A stretch of 64,000 nucleotides of DNA from Macrostomum lignano (taxonomy: Eukaryota), in NCBI GenBank assembly GCA_002269645.1, contig NIVC01000251.1, positions 1-64,000 of the forward strand, read 5' to 3'. How positions within the stretch are numbered: the first letter of the stretch is position 1; each line of letters opens with the position of its first letter. Made by a program: the position numbers and the translations under genes. Below the pieces are notes generated by a model. That model made no database searches. It was given only the letters and a program-made list of their open reading frames with translations, and had not been told where the DNA came from. This document shows positions 11,292 through 22,470 of the stretch, piece after piece.

Positions 11292-11631
11292 GAATGCACC
11301 CTACGAGCTATACTCGTATTTGATAAATGTATGCTACAGAGGCAGAAGTGAAACTCAAATAGCTAACGGCAGAGTGTCTTCATGAAAAAGAATTAAAGCA
11401 TCATCTACATGTAGCTAGCCATGCTCTTCTTTTTTGCGCGCTATCGTCTTTAATATATCAATTTTCTCGTTTGTAGACGTTCTTGCAATTTTATTTTACT
11501 GTTTAGCTCTGGAAAAGTTTACGCACAGGGCGATATATTGTATTTTACATCATTAGCCAGAGCTTTTGTTGTCAAAATGGTTTCTGTCTTGGGTAGTGCC
11601 TTTGGCAGCACTGCTGGGTTATCTAGTTTTT
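11292..11631 (+). repeat. 340-bp direct duplication, copy 2
   Basis: Starts exactly after the LTR terminal CA and matches 9102-9441. Confidence 0.95.
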
Positions 11632-13733
11632 TTATAAAATTTATAAATACGTCTCCCATTATATTATGCTATTCATGGTTTACATAGTTCGAAGTAGTAG
11701 AGACTGCATTCATATCCGTCTCAATTTATCTCTCACAAAACGATGGACTCTCGACACTCTCCACCTCAGTATCGAACAGTCTCTCCCTATCTGTACTGCA
11801 TTTACTGCCTTTAGCTACTAACACGTGAACTCTTTTAATTCGACACCGCGTGCCACTGACTGCTAAGCAAAATAGCAACCTCAGCATTTAGTCCCTTTAT
11901 TCTGCTCAGTTAGTCGTTGTACTTACGACCAACGGTTTTCGGTTTTCGGTTAGTCGTCGGTTTTAACGCCAAGCTCGATATCTGAAACATCGGAATTCGC
12001 CCGCCCAACTTCACTAACCAGAGTCACTTATGTATTTATTCCTGTCTGTCTGTACACAAAATTCTGTTCATAAATTTTCTAATGCGTCTCAAAAAACTGA
12101 AAATAAAAAACTGAAATCATACAATTTTTTTATTAAAAATATTGATTTTACATTGAAATTGATTACGAATGTTATCAAGAAACAAAAAATCTATGTATGG
12201 TTAGGAGTGAATAACGCGGATATTGAAATCATGTAGAATTAATGTTCCCTTAGTTTTTGCAGATTCAAAATAGGTACTGTGCCTGTCCTGAATAGTAACT
12301 ATTAAATTATTGTGTATCAATAGCCAAAAATAAGGAAATAATTCGAGCTCGTAAAACGAAAATGAAAACAAGCGTACAAAATATAAAAAATTCTAATTTT
12401 TAAAGCAGAACTTAACAAAGAAGTATCGAAAACAGAAGGGACTAACTCAACGAATCTATATACGAGTAGTCTAAGCTCTGAATTCGATTTAAAAAAGAAT
12501 CTCCTAGAAGATTTTTAATATCAAAGTGCAAAAAACTAACTACTGCGAGAAACTGTTTCGAGTACAGCGCATGCCAAGTTTAGCGTTGTAGCTACACACT
12601 ATTCTTGTCAGAAAAAAACATAGAATTAAGTTAGGAAACACAACACAATAGCAAGACATGTTGGTTAGTAGTTTTTTTCTAACAAATATCCGAGTAAATT
12701 TTTTATGTTCCGTTCATGTTTAACTATGATATTCATCCGCGAGATAGAAGGTCTTCGGTTTTTATCGTTAAATTTCCGAATATCTCACCTTCTTTGGCTA
12801 CCCAATTCTAAATTCTATATGTTTCTTTTTAGGTGCACTCACAAGTTAGAGAAAAAAATCGTCAATAAAAATACACTAAAGAGATAGACAAAAATAAAAC
12901 TTCAATTGAGCTTTGCTTGAAGTGCTAAAGCAGTCTTGAGAGACACATCAGTGTTAAAATACAAGCTATGTTTATAAAATTGACGCACTTCGAACGGAAC
13001 ACGTAATTGCTTCATTTTGAATTTGGAAGTCCCGAATGTGAGAATATTATAATGGTAATAAATTTGGTGCTAAAAACTGAAAACTCCCTACCGTAAACAA
13101 TCCAATCACTCGAAGTCTCAAACTAATCAACCAATCAATCAGCAAATTTCGTATGTACAGCACACACAAGAAGGCACCCAAGTTGATAATTCTTATCTTT
13201 ACTGCATGCGGAGATCGATGTTTAAGCATGATTCCAATGAGCTCAAAAATTGGATAACAGTTTTAGAAACAGATAGAATCCATGAGTGAGTTTTCTACTG
13301 GCATCCTATTTTGAGATTGGCCATGGCTGAATAATCAACTTGTTTGCTTTTTCCGTCTAGTTTTATGTCTACGGACAAGACCAAATCTACTGCAAAAAAA
13401 TTAAAGCTTAACTTTACCAGCTGTAAAAGTGGTGTCTAATAGAGTTGAAACTTTAAAACTGTACGAGCTGTATGGTAAACGGTTAAGAAAAAATGTAAAT
13501 GTAAGAGCCGAGAATTTAGAGTTAGTTAACGAAGTATATTTTGATACACGATAATTTACGAGCGATTAAATAGTCAGCGATGATAGATCGATTAAAGTGA
13601 CTCACCCAACTGGGGTGGTGGGCATGCACAGAGAAGAAAGCGAGATGCAAGTACATATACTGATAGAGCAGCCCCCACCCCGACGGCCCAAACCAAACGC
13701 AACCCTACATAAATATTCTTTTGAGCGTAACTT

Positions 13734-16700
13734 TCACATGGCTTCAGGTGAAGACAGTCGCAAAATATCGACTTTCAGTTTTTCAATCACAGATCCGTGA
13801 TCTTTTCTAGGCTTCGTGAATCCGCTGCGTTTTCCTCTAAATGTGCAGGCTTGAAAGAACAGAAAATTGGTATACTTTTTTATATCAGATTGGCCGTTTT
13901 CGTCATCAGATTGATTGTATGAATGTCGGTCGAAAAATATATTGAATAAACCTCTCTGCCTTTTATCAGCACCGTCACGGCCTTTATCATTGTTATGTTT
14001 GTGTCTCCACCAAAATTTCATGTCTTCAGAGAACGGCGACTCCTGACTTTTGCAGCACAGACAAGTATTGGGACCTTTCTTTTGGCATTGCTTCACTAGA
14101 AAAGAGAAAAGCCATAAAGGAAGCCACAGCACAGTCAACGGTGGAGGGAGAATCGGGGACCTTTTGAAGTCCATTAGCAGCTCCGCATCGTAGCGTCGCC
14201 AGATCATATAGGCCACGTCCTCCTTGCTGCTGACAGTAAGACTGAACTTGGCGATCAGCATGTTCAGCATGGTGAGGTTGATAAGGAACAGGAACGGCAG
14301 GATGAGGTACTTTCTGTAGTGAAACGTGCCCACAGGGTGGGTGCAGATGGCGTCTGACGGTAAGGCAGTCTCATTGAGATTCAGCCACTGCGCATTGACG
14401 TTCTCGCAGCCTGCCAACTCTTCCATCTCCATCTCTCCAAATGCCGTCAGGAGGGGCCTCGTGTAGATCGAGAGCAGGTTCAACAAGCTTCTTTCACCAA
14501 CAGCACCGCCTTGAGTGTAACTTCGAAGGTCGGGATGGAGTAGATTAAGGAACAGAATGCCAAACGATAGGCATATTATGATAAAGATTACAAGAAATGG
14601 AAGCAAGTCTCTTTTTATAAGTCTCTTCAGCATGCTTAGCAGTGGTCCGAAATGGCGAAATGCTCGAAGGAATGAAATCAGGCGGAAACTCCAACAAACA
14701 TGGGCAATCGTTAAAACCAATCTGACAGCGAAGTAGTCACTTGAAACAATCTTTGTCTTAGAATTGTGCGTACTGTCAAGATAAAACTTGTAACAGATAC
14801 TGGCAAGCAGCAAAAAGATTCCGACGACGTCAATCCAGTTCCATATGTTAAGAAAGTACTCTTCTAAGTTTGAGCACAACTGCCCTCCGAGCAGCTCCCG
14901 AGGACGCCTTGACGAAACTGTTTGAATGAAGTCAATTAATTCTTGCAAAAAGAACGATAGCGCAAACACGGCGATCACAATGTCTATCCAAACCATCCTA
15001 GCCTCAAGACGGCAAACGTAGTATGTAAGCAGACCAAAAAATATGATGAAAAAGCTGAAGTGAATGTAAAACTTTGCTTCTGGTGACGAAACTAATATTC
15101 TTTTTGTTTGGCGTTGCTCCCACTCAAACATTGAAAAGTTCTTGAAACCCTTCGATGCAATAAACTCTTGGCTCTGTGATTTTATTGCCAGCTCAAAGAC
15201 CGACAGCTCTTGTTCCCGCTTAACGTCACCGAAAGAGAAGTACTTAGGTCCGACGAAATCAGGATTTTTCGATAAGCACTTGCCTGCGCAAAATGGCTGC
15301 TGGCCGGAGTGATAAAACCTGGCGCCCATATATTTGTGAAGTAGCTTCATTCTCTCATCATCTGCGGACGAGTCCAACTCGTGCATGGCATTCAGAGCGA
15401 CATTGAGACTGAAGTTCTGAAGATCCTCCACACATTCCCTCAAAACTTTCTTGTTCTCTCTTATGAGAAACTGGCACTCTTCGATTACAAGCAAGCAGGT
15501 AGGAATAAGGTCGTACTGTTCGAGCATGATGAGATCTTTTGCCATATTGATGCGTCCAGATCTGATAGCAATGCCAAGTAAGCTTGGAAATGGAAGGTCA
15601 AAACAAATTTTTGTTTTGTCACTCTGTAAGCTCCAAGAAAGATATTGATTGAAACCTTTCTGCAGGCTTGGCAGAACGTCACCAATGCAAAGCTTGTCGC
15701 TCTTTCTGTTGATAAGATGACGAATGTAGCTGTCAAAGTCCTTAGCACCAGTCCTCGTTTTAAGGTAACTCCAGAATCCAAGAGCTAAAATGCACCTAAA
15801 GATTTCCACTGAGTCCTCTTTCAAGGCCAGATAGAGCAGTTTAGCACCGTAGGAATATTGGACATCACCAAGCCCGTCATTTGATGAGCGCCCTGAGACA
15901 TACTGCTCATTTTTGTGTAAGTCAGGCTTCATGACGGCTGACTTCAGTTCAGGTTCGCAGAGTGGCAGCAAGGTAGCCTTAGCCTCTTCAACAGTCGGTA
16001 ATTTTAGTGCTGTTGTTACATCGTCAATGACGCTAATCATTACTTCGAATGACGTTTTTTCTATCTTTCGTAGCAGGTGGCTGTTTCTGTGCTTCAGAAG
16101 CACATCCATGGGTGATGGACCATTGCTGCAATGACTGTCACTGAGTCTCATGCTGTCAGGATGATTATTTAGCAGGTAGTTAATGTTCTCCAGGTGCCCT
16201 GCCTGGCACGCGAAGTGCAAACATCCATAGCCCTTGTAGAAGCCTTTTTGAACTTTGGCCTCGATCAGCCTTTTCCAGTGATCTTTGAAATTTGATTGTA
16301 AAAAACAATCTTCCAGCCCCTGCAAACTGTGCTTGCCACAGTACACGTGCAAAATGTTGGTACCTTCAGCTTCGTTTTGCAATATTTTACACTGCTCTTC
16401 GAGACTGAGGTCACCGATATGATACTCGGACAAAATGCGTGACAAATTTCCGGTATCTGCCAGAACCATCATCACATTGTGATTTGAAAGGTTCTCTTTG
16501 CTTAAAAGTTTCAGGAACATGGCTTCGTCTTCACCATATTGCTTCTTCATTAGTTCTATTACTAATCTGATTGTATTCAGAAATTCATGTTCATTTTCAT
16601 CATCGATAATCTTTGTGCAGGTAAGGTGAAGGGCGGTGTTATCGCAGTAGTCTTCTGCAAGCACATCAGCTTCTGCTTTCTCGGCCAAATATTCTGCCGC

Positions 16701-17711
16701 TTCAAACTGCAATCCACGGCACGCGTGCAAGAAGGCCGTCTCGCCTTTTAGGTTGCGATGCTCTACGCTAGAACCGTTCTGCACCAAGTACTCTATGGCG
16801 CTGAGTTTTCCACAGAAAGCGGCATCTCCAAGTGCAGTGTCTCCGTCGTTGTCCGGTTCATCCAGGCTTAAACCTCTCGTCTTGTGCAAGTATTCCAGCA
16901 ATATTTTACACCCGCTGGTGGCAGCTACATGTTGAATTTTTGTGCAGTTAATTTCATTTTTAGCTTTTAATGCTCTATCAAAGTCCTCAACTGACGTCTG
17001 GTTTCTAATGAATTCCAACATGTCAGTATGCTTACAACTTCCGTTTTGCAAATCGCAGTCGTAGGTTGACAAAAATATTAAGTCGATGCCAGAGTCTTCA
17101 CTTTCGGAGCGATATTCTAGCAGTTCACGTTTCTTGCAGCTTTCATCCATGTTCATTTGATCAATTAGCAGTTTTGCGCCTTCAATGTTTAGTCCGAGAC
17201 ACGCTCTCATCAAATACGAAAATCCATTCTGCTCTTTTTGCTTTAAATCAAACTGCGAAGTGCGGATCAGATAGCGCATTGAACTCAGTTTGCTCCACTC
17301 TGCTGCAAGGCCCAGAGGGTCAGTATCATTTTCCAGCTCTACTGTGAGACAACAGTTTTGTTTGGCCAGGAAATCCAGCAGTAGCGCACAGTCTGATTTT
17401 ATCGCATAGTGAACTATGCACCATTTTCGGCTCTCTGTTGATATCGCTTGCTGAAATTTATCTGGAATTTCTTTCTGAAAAAGCTTGAATGCATCCGTGT
17501 GGATGCATCCGTCTTCATTCGTATCAGGATGACTTAGTGAGGCTATTTTCAGAATGATGGTGCTTTCACCTGGTTCGGTTTCTTCTCGTGCTAAAGATAG
17601 AAGTATTCCTGCATCCTCTCGTGCATTTTGGCAGACAATTCTTTCTATCCCTTGTTTCAATACACCTGAAGCATCTAGTTCGGCCTCTATTTCATTGTCT
17701 GAATCCACCGG
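13734..17711 (-). CDS. Ankyrin-repeat TRP cation channel (TRPM-like pore and TRP helix), one large exon; start exon not located
   Basis: About 8-10 ankyrin-like repeats (e.g. DTALGDAAFCG, ETAFLHACRG, GCLHFACQAGH), six hydrophobic segments, NIWNWID, FGPLLSML, pore TAFGEM, LNMLIAKF, WRRY and PILPPPL. The ORF has no ATG at its start; the acceptor TTATTTTGCAG| precedes 17711. Confidence 0.88.
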   Translation of the reverse strand, partial: PVDSDNEIEAELDASGVLKQGIERIVCQNAREDAGILLSLAREETEPGESTIILKIASLSHPDTNEDGCIHTDAFKLFQKEIPDKFQQAISTESRKWCIVHYAIKSDCALLLDFLAKQNCCLTVELENDTDPLGLAAEWSKLSSMRYLIRTSQFDLKQKEQNGFSYLMRACLGLNIEGAKLLIDQMNMDESCKKRELLEYRSESEDSGIDLIFLSTYDCDLQNGSCKHTDMLEFIRNQTSVEDFDRALKAKNEINCTKIQHVAATSGCKILLEYLHKTRGLSLDEPDNDGDTALGDAAFCGKLSAIEYLVQNGSSVEHRNLKGETAFLHACRGLQFEAAEYLAEKAEADVLAEDYCDNTALHLTCTKIIDDENEHEFLNTIRLVIELMKKQYGEDEAMFLKLLSKENLSNHNVMMVLADTGNLSRILSEYHIGDLSLEEQCKILQNEAEGTNILHVYCGKHSLQGLEDCFLQSNFKDHWKRLIEAKVQKGFYKGYGCLHFACQAGHLENINYLLNNHPDSMRLSDSHCSNGPSPMDVLLKHRNSHLLRKIEKTSFEVMISVIDDVTTALKLPTVEEAKATLLPLCEPELKSAVMKPDLHKNEQYVSGRSSNDGLGDVQYSYGAKLLYLALKEDSVEIFRCILALGFWSYLKTRTGAKDFDSYIRHLINRKSDKLCIGDVLPSLQKGFNQYLSWSLQSDKTKICFDLPFPSLLGIAIRSGRINMAKDLIMLEQYDLIPTCLLVIEECQFLIRENKKVLRECVEDLQNFSLNVALNAMHELDSSADDERMKLLHKYMGARFYHSGQQPFCAGKCLSKNPDFVGPKYFSFGDVKREQELSVFELAIKSQSQEFIASKGFKNFSMFEWEQRQTKRILVSSPEAKFYIHFSFFIIFFGLLTYYVCRLEARMVWIDIVIAVFALSFFLQELIDFIQTVSSRRPRELLGGQLCSNLEEYFLNIWNWIDVVGIFLLLASICYKFYLDSTHNSKTKIVSSDYFAVRLVLTIAHVCWSFRLISFLRAFRHFGPLLSMLKRLIKRDLLPFLVIFIIICLSFGILFLNLLHPDLRSYTQGGAVGERSLLNLLSIYTRPLLTAFGEMEMEELAGCENVNAQWLNLNETALPSDAICTHPVGTFHYRKYLILPFLFLINLTMLNMLIAKFSLTVSSKEDVAYMIWRRYDAELLMDFKRSPILPPPLTVLWLPLWLFSFLVKQCQKKGPNTCLCCKSQESPFSEDMKFWWRHKHNNDKGRDGADKRQRGLFNIFFDRHSYNQSDDENGQSDIKKYTNFLFFQACTFRGKRSGFTKPRKDHGSVIEKLKVDILRLSSPEAM

Positions 17712-20550
17712 CTGCAAAATAAGATAATGCAGTTTTGTACTTAGATTGAACTGAATGATGGTAAATTTTTAATTATACTGCATATACGTCGTAGTGCCTA
17801 TATCCTTGTCAGTCTCTCAGGGAGCAGTGCACTTTGGGTCTGGCTGGGGTTGGGTGCCCTTTCCTACCGTTTGCCTGCCCCGTTGCTCTGTTCTGGTTGG
17901 CTGCGGCCGGCACTGGAGTGGCACGTGGGGCTGCGCCCTGCCCTCATATTTGGTTGTAATTGGCTGCCGGAGTGGGCTTATCTGGCTCTTTGCGCTGTTT
18001 TGCGTGGCTTTTTGGTGGGGCCACCTGCTGACCCCTAAGTCTGTTTTCTTGTATTTTCAGGTTTGCGTCCCGCCCTTTTGCCGCCCCCTTTTGCGTCGCG
18101 CCTTGCAGAGTTAGTTTAACCTCTGCGAAACTGTGCCGTGTTTATCTTTACATGGTAATCAACCGGCTGAGCACTTAGACCTGCTAGCACTTACCCTGAG
18201 GACGTGTATGTGCATAAATATATTCGTACAGTATTAAATTTGCTATAAATATTGAAATAGCTGAGAGGAAGCAAATTTGGGCTGGGCACCCGAACCGACC
18301 TTAGTTAGTACCTACGCATATTATCCTCAGATATTGGGCCCGTTCTATGAAGCCATCGTAAGATAAAGTCGTTCTTAGCTCCTATCTTCGCAGTGTAAAA
18401 GTTCCGACGTACGATCGAACTTACGCTACGACAGCTTTATAGCACGACCCCATTATATTTAAAAAACCGTGGTGTCTTATTATCTACCCTGTGTCAGCTT
18501 TAGGAGTTGACATGACAAGCTCATTTCCAATAATGTCCAACCTGCCCCCCGAAATTTCATGCATCTTACTACAGCAGCGTATTTTGAAGCTTTCTTGGGT
18601 AGAAAACCGGTTTTCCCCCATTCTTATTACAACTCTGTCAATAAAATATACGTGTTTTTCTAGTTTTTTAAGTTTTATAAACTGATAGGCTTACCAATCG
18701 CCCGGACGATGATGAAAACGAAAACATTTCCATTGCTTTAAATTTTACCGCATGTTCTTCTCGTAATTTCGATTCAAGGTAAAAATGACAAATTAAGCTC
18801 GTATTTTTTAGTTGCGCAGTGATTTAGACGCATGTCTGTGTTCGGAATTGAGATTTATATATATACCAAACTCCAAAGTTACAATAGCCTGAGTTTCTCA
18901 TTAGCTATTTTGAAACGAGAGGAGGGCACTGTACCAGTCGGGAAAATAGACATTCATGTCTTTGAGAGAGTATGAGCGTTTCTGGGTCAAGGGGGTGGTT
19001 CAACGCGCATTTAGAATGAAAGACCAGTGCTTTAGTAGCACATTAGTGTAGCACAAGCCCACTATTCAAGTGGCACCCTTCGTCAATTCAAACAGTGTGC
19101 TCAGAATCTATGTATTCGGTTTTATGATCCAAGCTTCATAGCAAAAGCCCAAAGAAATTGGACTCTGGCTACAGGGCTCGAAAATTTGCCAGAATAAGTA
19201 GCATAGAAGAGGCAAAGCTAAGTAGAGATGGACGAAGCAGAAGCAGACTATAAGTAAAGGCATAAATAAAAGCTGAGGCAAATACTGAAGTAAGATAAAA
19301 GAAGCTCGAAAGCAAGCAGAACAAAAGAGACCACAGATAAATGCAGCTGCGTATAACAAGATTATAGCAGCCACCATCCATTATCGAATGAAGACAAAGG
19401 CGAGGCAGCGAGTTGAGCGAGGCAATTGACAGGTGAATGCAGCCAGTCGGAGAAGGTGAATGAGCGCGGGGGGCTTGGATGATCGCAGCGGGTGCACCAA
19501 AAACCGACGGCCAACCTCGAAGAGAGTGGCAACCAAGGGGGGTGGACCCACGAGCCGGCCCGAGCGAAGGTACGGCAGAAAGACTCAGACTGACCTCCCC
19601 TCTCTAACTCAACTAAAGCAAAATACAATAGCTAACCCTAGCTAATCTAACCTCGCCCCCGTAGTAACATACTGGTTTAATGGATAAGACCGGAAAAACT
19701 GTGGCATGAAACTGTTTGTGTAAGCCCCTGCCGTTGCTAGCCACTCAAAATCCACCCCACCAGCGGCAGGGGAACCTTTTGAAAGGTTATAAAATAGGCA
19801 AAGCCTCAGCCCCGAGAGGCTCAACCAACGACTACTTAAATAGAAAGACGCAACACTTGAAATCTATGGGAAATGTTTTGAAGGCCACTTTTGCCGAAAA
19901 ATACATTACGGAGCTATAGGAAGTTTTCATTTTTTCAGCACAAAAATTGTTATTGCATACTTTCGATGCGATGCTTGTGTGGCACTTTGAAACTGAGGGG
20001 CAGAGTTCATGCCAACCGTGACTGCCTTGAGCAGGAAGTGCGAGCAGGTTCTTGTCCACGAAATGCTAAGACAGGAGTACGCAGATGTCATGGACGACAT
20101 GCTTAGCCGGGGGAGGAATGCATCCAACCGGAGGGTGACAATATTGAGGTCTCAGTTGCCACTGAGGAAGAGATTTGAACTTTTTTGAAGGACAACTGAC
20201 TTACTGTTTCCTGGTGCTCCATATGCAGCATCCAAGATCCTGTTCATGCATTGAGATGCAGACCTCACTGCAGTTAAGGAGGCATAACTTTTGAAAAGTT
20301 AGTGATGTTTTCAAAATTCTTTCACTGTGTCATTTGTAGGTAAAGCCGTTATGAAATAAATCAGTTGCTGTTACTCTTGCTGACTGTTAAAAAGAATAAT
20401 GCGAAAAAGTCCTAAGACTTTTTGGACACCCCTCGTAAAAACCTACCGTTGTTCAACGATGACAGCAGGCTGGAAATGTTTGAGTTTTCAGAGCCCAGAA
20501 TGAAGAAGACGCTTTAACGAACTACACTAGATAATGGTTAGTTATTCGTA

Positions 20551-20762
20551 AGTGAGACTTTAGGATAATAGTCCGGCTCATGAGTGCGCACGCAGAGAGA
20601 GAGATAGAGAGGCAGAGAGATGCAGAGAGAGATATATATAGAGAGGCAGACAGAGGCAGAGAGATGCAGAGAGAGATATATATAGAGAGGCAGACAGAGG
20701 CAGAGAGATGCAGAGAGAGCAGCGCACGAGTGAGCATAGGACTATTATCCTAAAGTCTCACT
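20551..20762. mobile_element. 212-bp MITE-like element with perfect 24-bp inverted termini around an (AG)-rich microsatellite
   Basis: AGTGAGACTTTAGGATAATAGTCC (20551-20574) is the reverse complement of 20739-20762. No TSD is visible. Confidence 0.75.
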
Positions 20763-20770
20763 GAGGCTCT

Positions 20771-21355
20771 TCATATTGCTTGTTCTGGTTCTAGAACCAG
20801 AACCAATTTGTAAAGTATAACTTTTTGTCTCCTAAACTAGAGGGATATTGGTGCTTTAAAATTGTGATTATTAAATGGCAATAGCCAAGAAGAAAGTGAA
20901 AAATTGTGCAAAGTGAGGCTGTTAAGGCAGTCAAACATTCAACAAAGTTAAATAGTTATACTGCTTTTTTCTTGGAAATTCGAACCGACTCTGGTTCGAG
21001 AATCTATTGCCGTGAAGAGGCTCACTTACGAACAACCGCATTGTCGAATTTCAGTGAGGCCATAGACAAAAAGGGCATCGAAAGGAGAGAGAGATTACCG
21101 AGGAGAGAGAGACATAAAGGGCCTTTTCATATTGCTTGTTCTGGTTCCAGAACCAGAACCAATTTGTGAAGTATAACTTTTTGTCTCCATAACTAGAGGG
21201 AGATACGTGCTATAAAGTTTTTATTATTGAATGACAATCGCCAAGAAGAAAGTGAAAAATTGTGCTAAGTTAGGTTGTTAAGGCAGTCAAATATTAACAG
21301 AGTTTAATAGTTATACTGCTGTTTTTCTTGGAATTCCGAACCGATTCTGGTTCTG
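20771..21355 (+). repeat. Diverged direct duplication of a block of about 230 bp, each copy starting with a near-perfect 22-bp palindrome
   Basis: About 20771-21000 matches about 21127-21355. GTTCTGGTTCTAGAACCAGAAC at 20782-20803 and GTTCTGGTTCCAGAACCAGAAC at 21138-21159. Confidence 0.8.
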
Positions 21356-21508
21356 GAATTGGTAAAATGAAAAGGCCCAAAGACTGAGGTGGTTTACTGG
21401 AGTTTGGGCCATAGACAACGAAGTTGTAAACAGGCCGGGGGTTAAGAAGGTGGAAAGGAAGGAGATGTGGAGAGAAAGAGAGAATAAAACGTAAATAGCT
21501 ACATTCGC

Positions 21509-22470
21509 TTGGCCATGGAGAACCAGACGTCATATCCGATCAACTGGGGCAATCTGCCTGTCGAAAGTTTAGCCAACGTATCTAGCAGCGAACTCAATTG
21601 GATCTCAAGACTTTCCACATCTCAGAAGGACATGAAGGATAACGAAGACTTTTTGAACTTCTTGCACTTTCTTGAGAGCGGTGATACTGCCGATGATTTG
21701 CCTCTGCTACCGGCCGAGGATAATGCTCTAGCTGAAGAGGATGGAGAGAATGAAACCGTACTACGTATTGCCTGTACTGAATTCCAAAAACAAATCTGCC
21801 GATCCCAATCGATCCAAGCGTGACATCGACGTAAAGCAGGCGAGAATCTACGATGTTGGAATTGTGGACGACTACATGGCTATATTACCAACGGAGACGA
21901 AGAACGACTCATTGTTTCCCAGGCCACTGAAGAATGCAGGAGGCACCAGACGATTTTGCTCGAAGCAGAAACGAGGAATAAATTACCTGAGGACTTTCAT
22001 GAAGGCGCTGAGCAAAAAGCGAAGCTGTCTAAGGAATACACCAATCATAGCATTCGGTTAGTCAGTTGGTCGGGGAAGTGCATGTGATGTTTTCAACTTG
22101 TGTCTGATTGAGTCTAATTTACAGTTCAATTGCTCAATTTTTCTAGAGTTAGCAGAGTGTGTGACCTGGAATCGGATGGGCATTCGATGAGCGAGATCAT
22201 GGCTATCACGGGTCAAAAGTCCGAGAGCACGGTCTGGCGCTACCTGGCAGTTAAACGGATAAGTCCCTGCAACAATGCAGCGATGCAGTGTCGCGTGCGT
22301 TGAACATGGGACAAAGCGCCGCGACCCACGTTCAAGTAACAATGCCTGCTGACATCAGCATCCAAAGTTCCATCGTGCAAGAAGCAGTGAGCGTGTCTGA
22401 TGGTCGTCAGATGAACGGTCGGAATATCTTTATTATGAACAACTGCACTTTCAACAATTGCAATCTGTAA
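21509..22470 (+). pseudogene. Internally deleted, frameshifted Crypton-type tyrosine recombinase with a 90-nt intron
   Basis: Acidic N-terminus, then KN...LFPRPL...GINYLRTFMKAL, then AKLSKEYTNHSIR. Intron 22057-22146 (GTTAGT..TTCTAG), then VSRVCDLESDGHSMSEIMAITGQKSESTVWRY and a tail ending NNCTFNNCNL. Confidence 0.8.

Noticed and set aside
4056-17711. Bacterial CBASS operon or contamination
   Set aside because: The genes have spliceosomal introns, are kilobases apart and are interleaved with animal transposons. Only the functional analogy is kept.
20411-20436. Mariner-like TIR (reverse strand TA-CGAGGGGTGTCCAAAAAAGTC)
   Set aside because: Only one end was found and no transposase could be recognised in 19100-20400, so an element cannot be defined.
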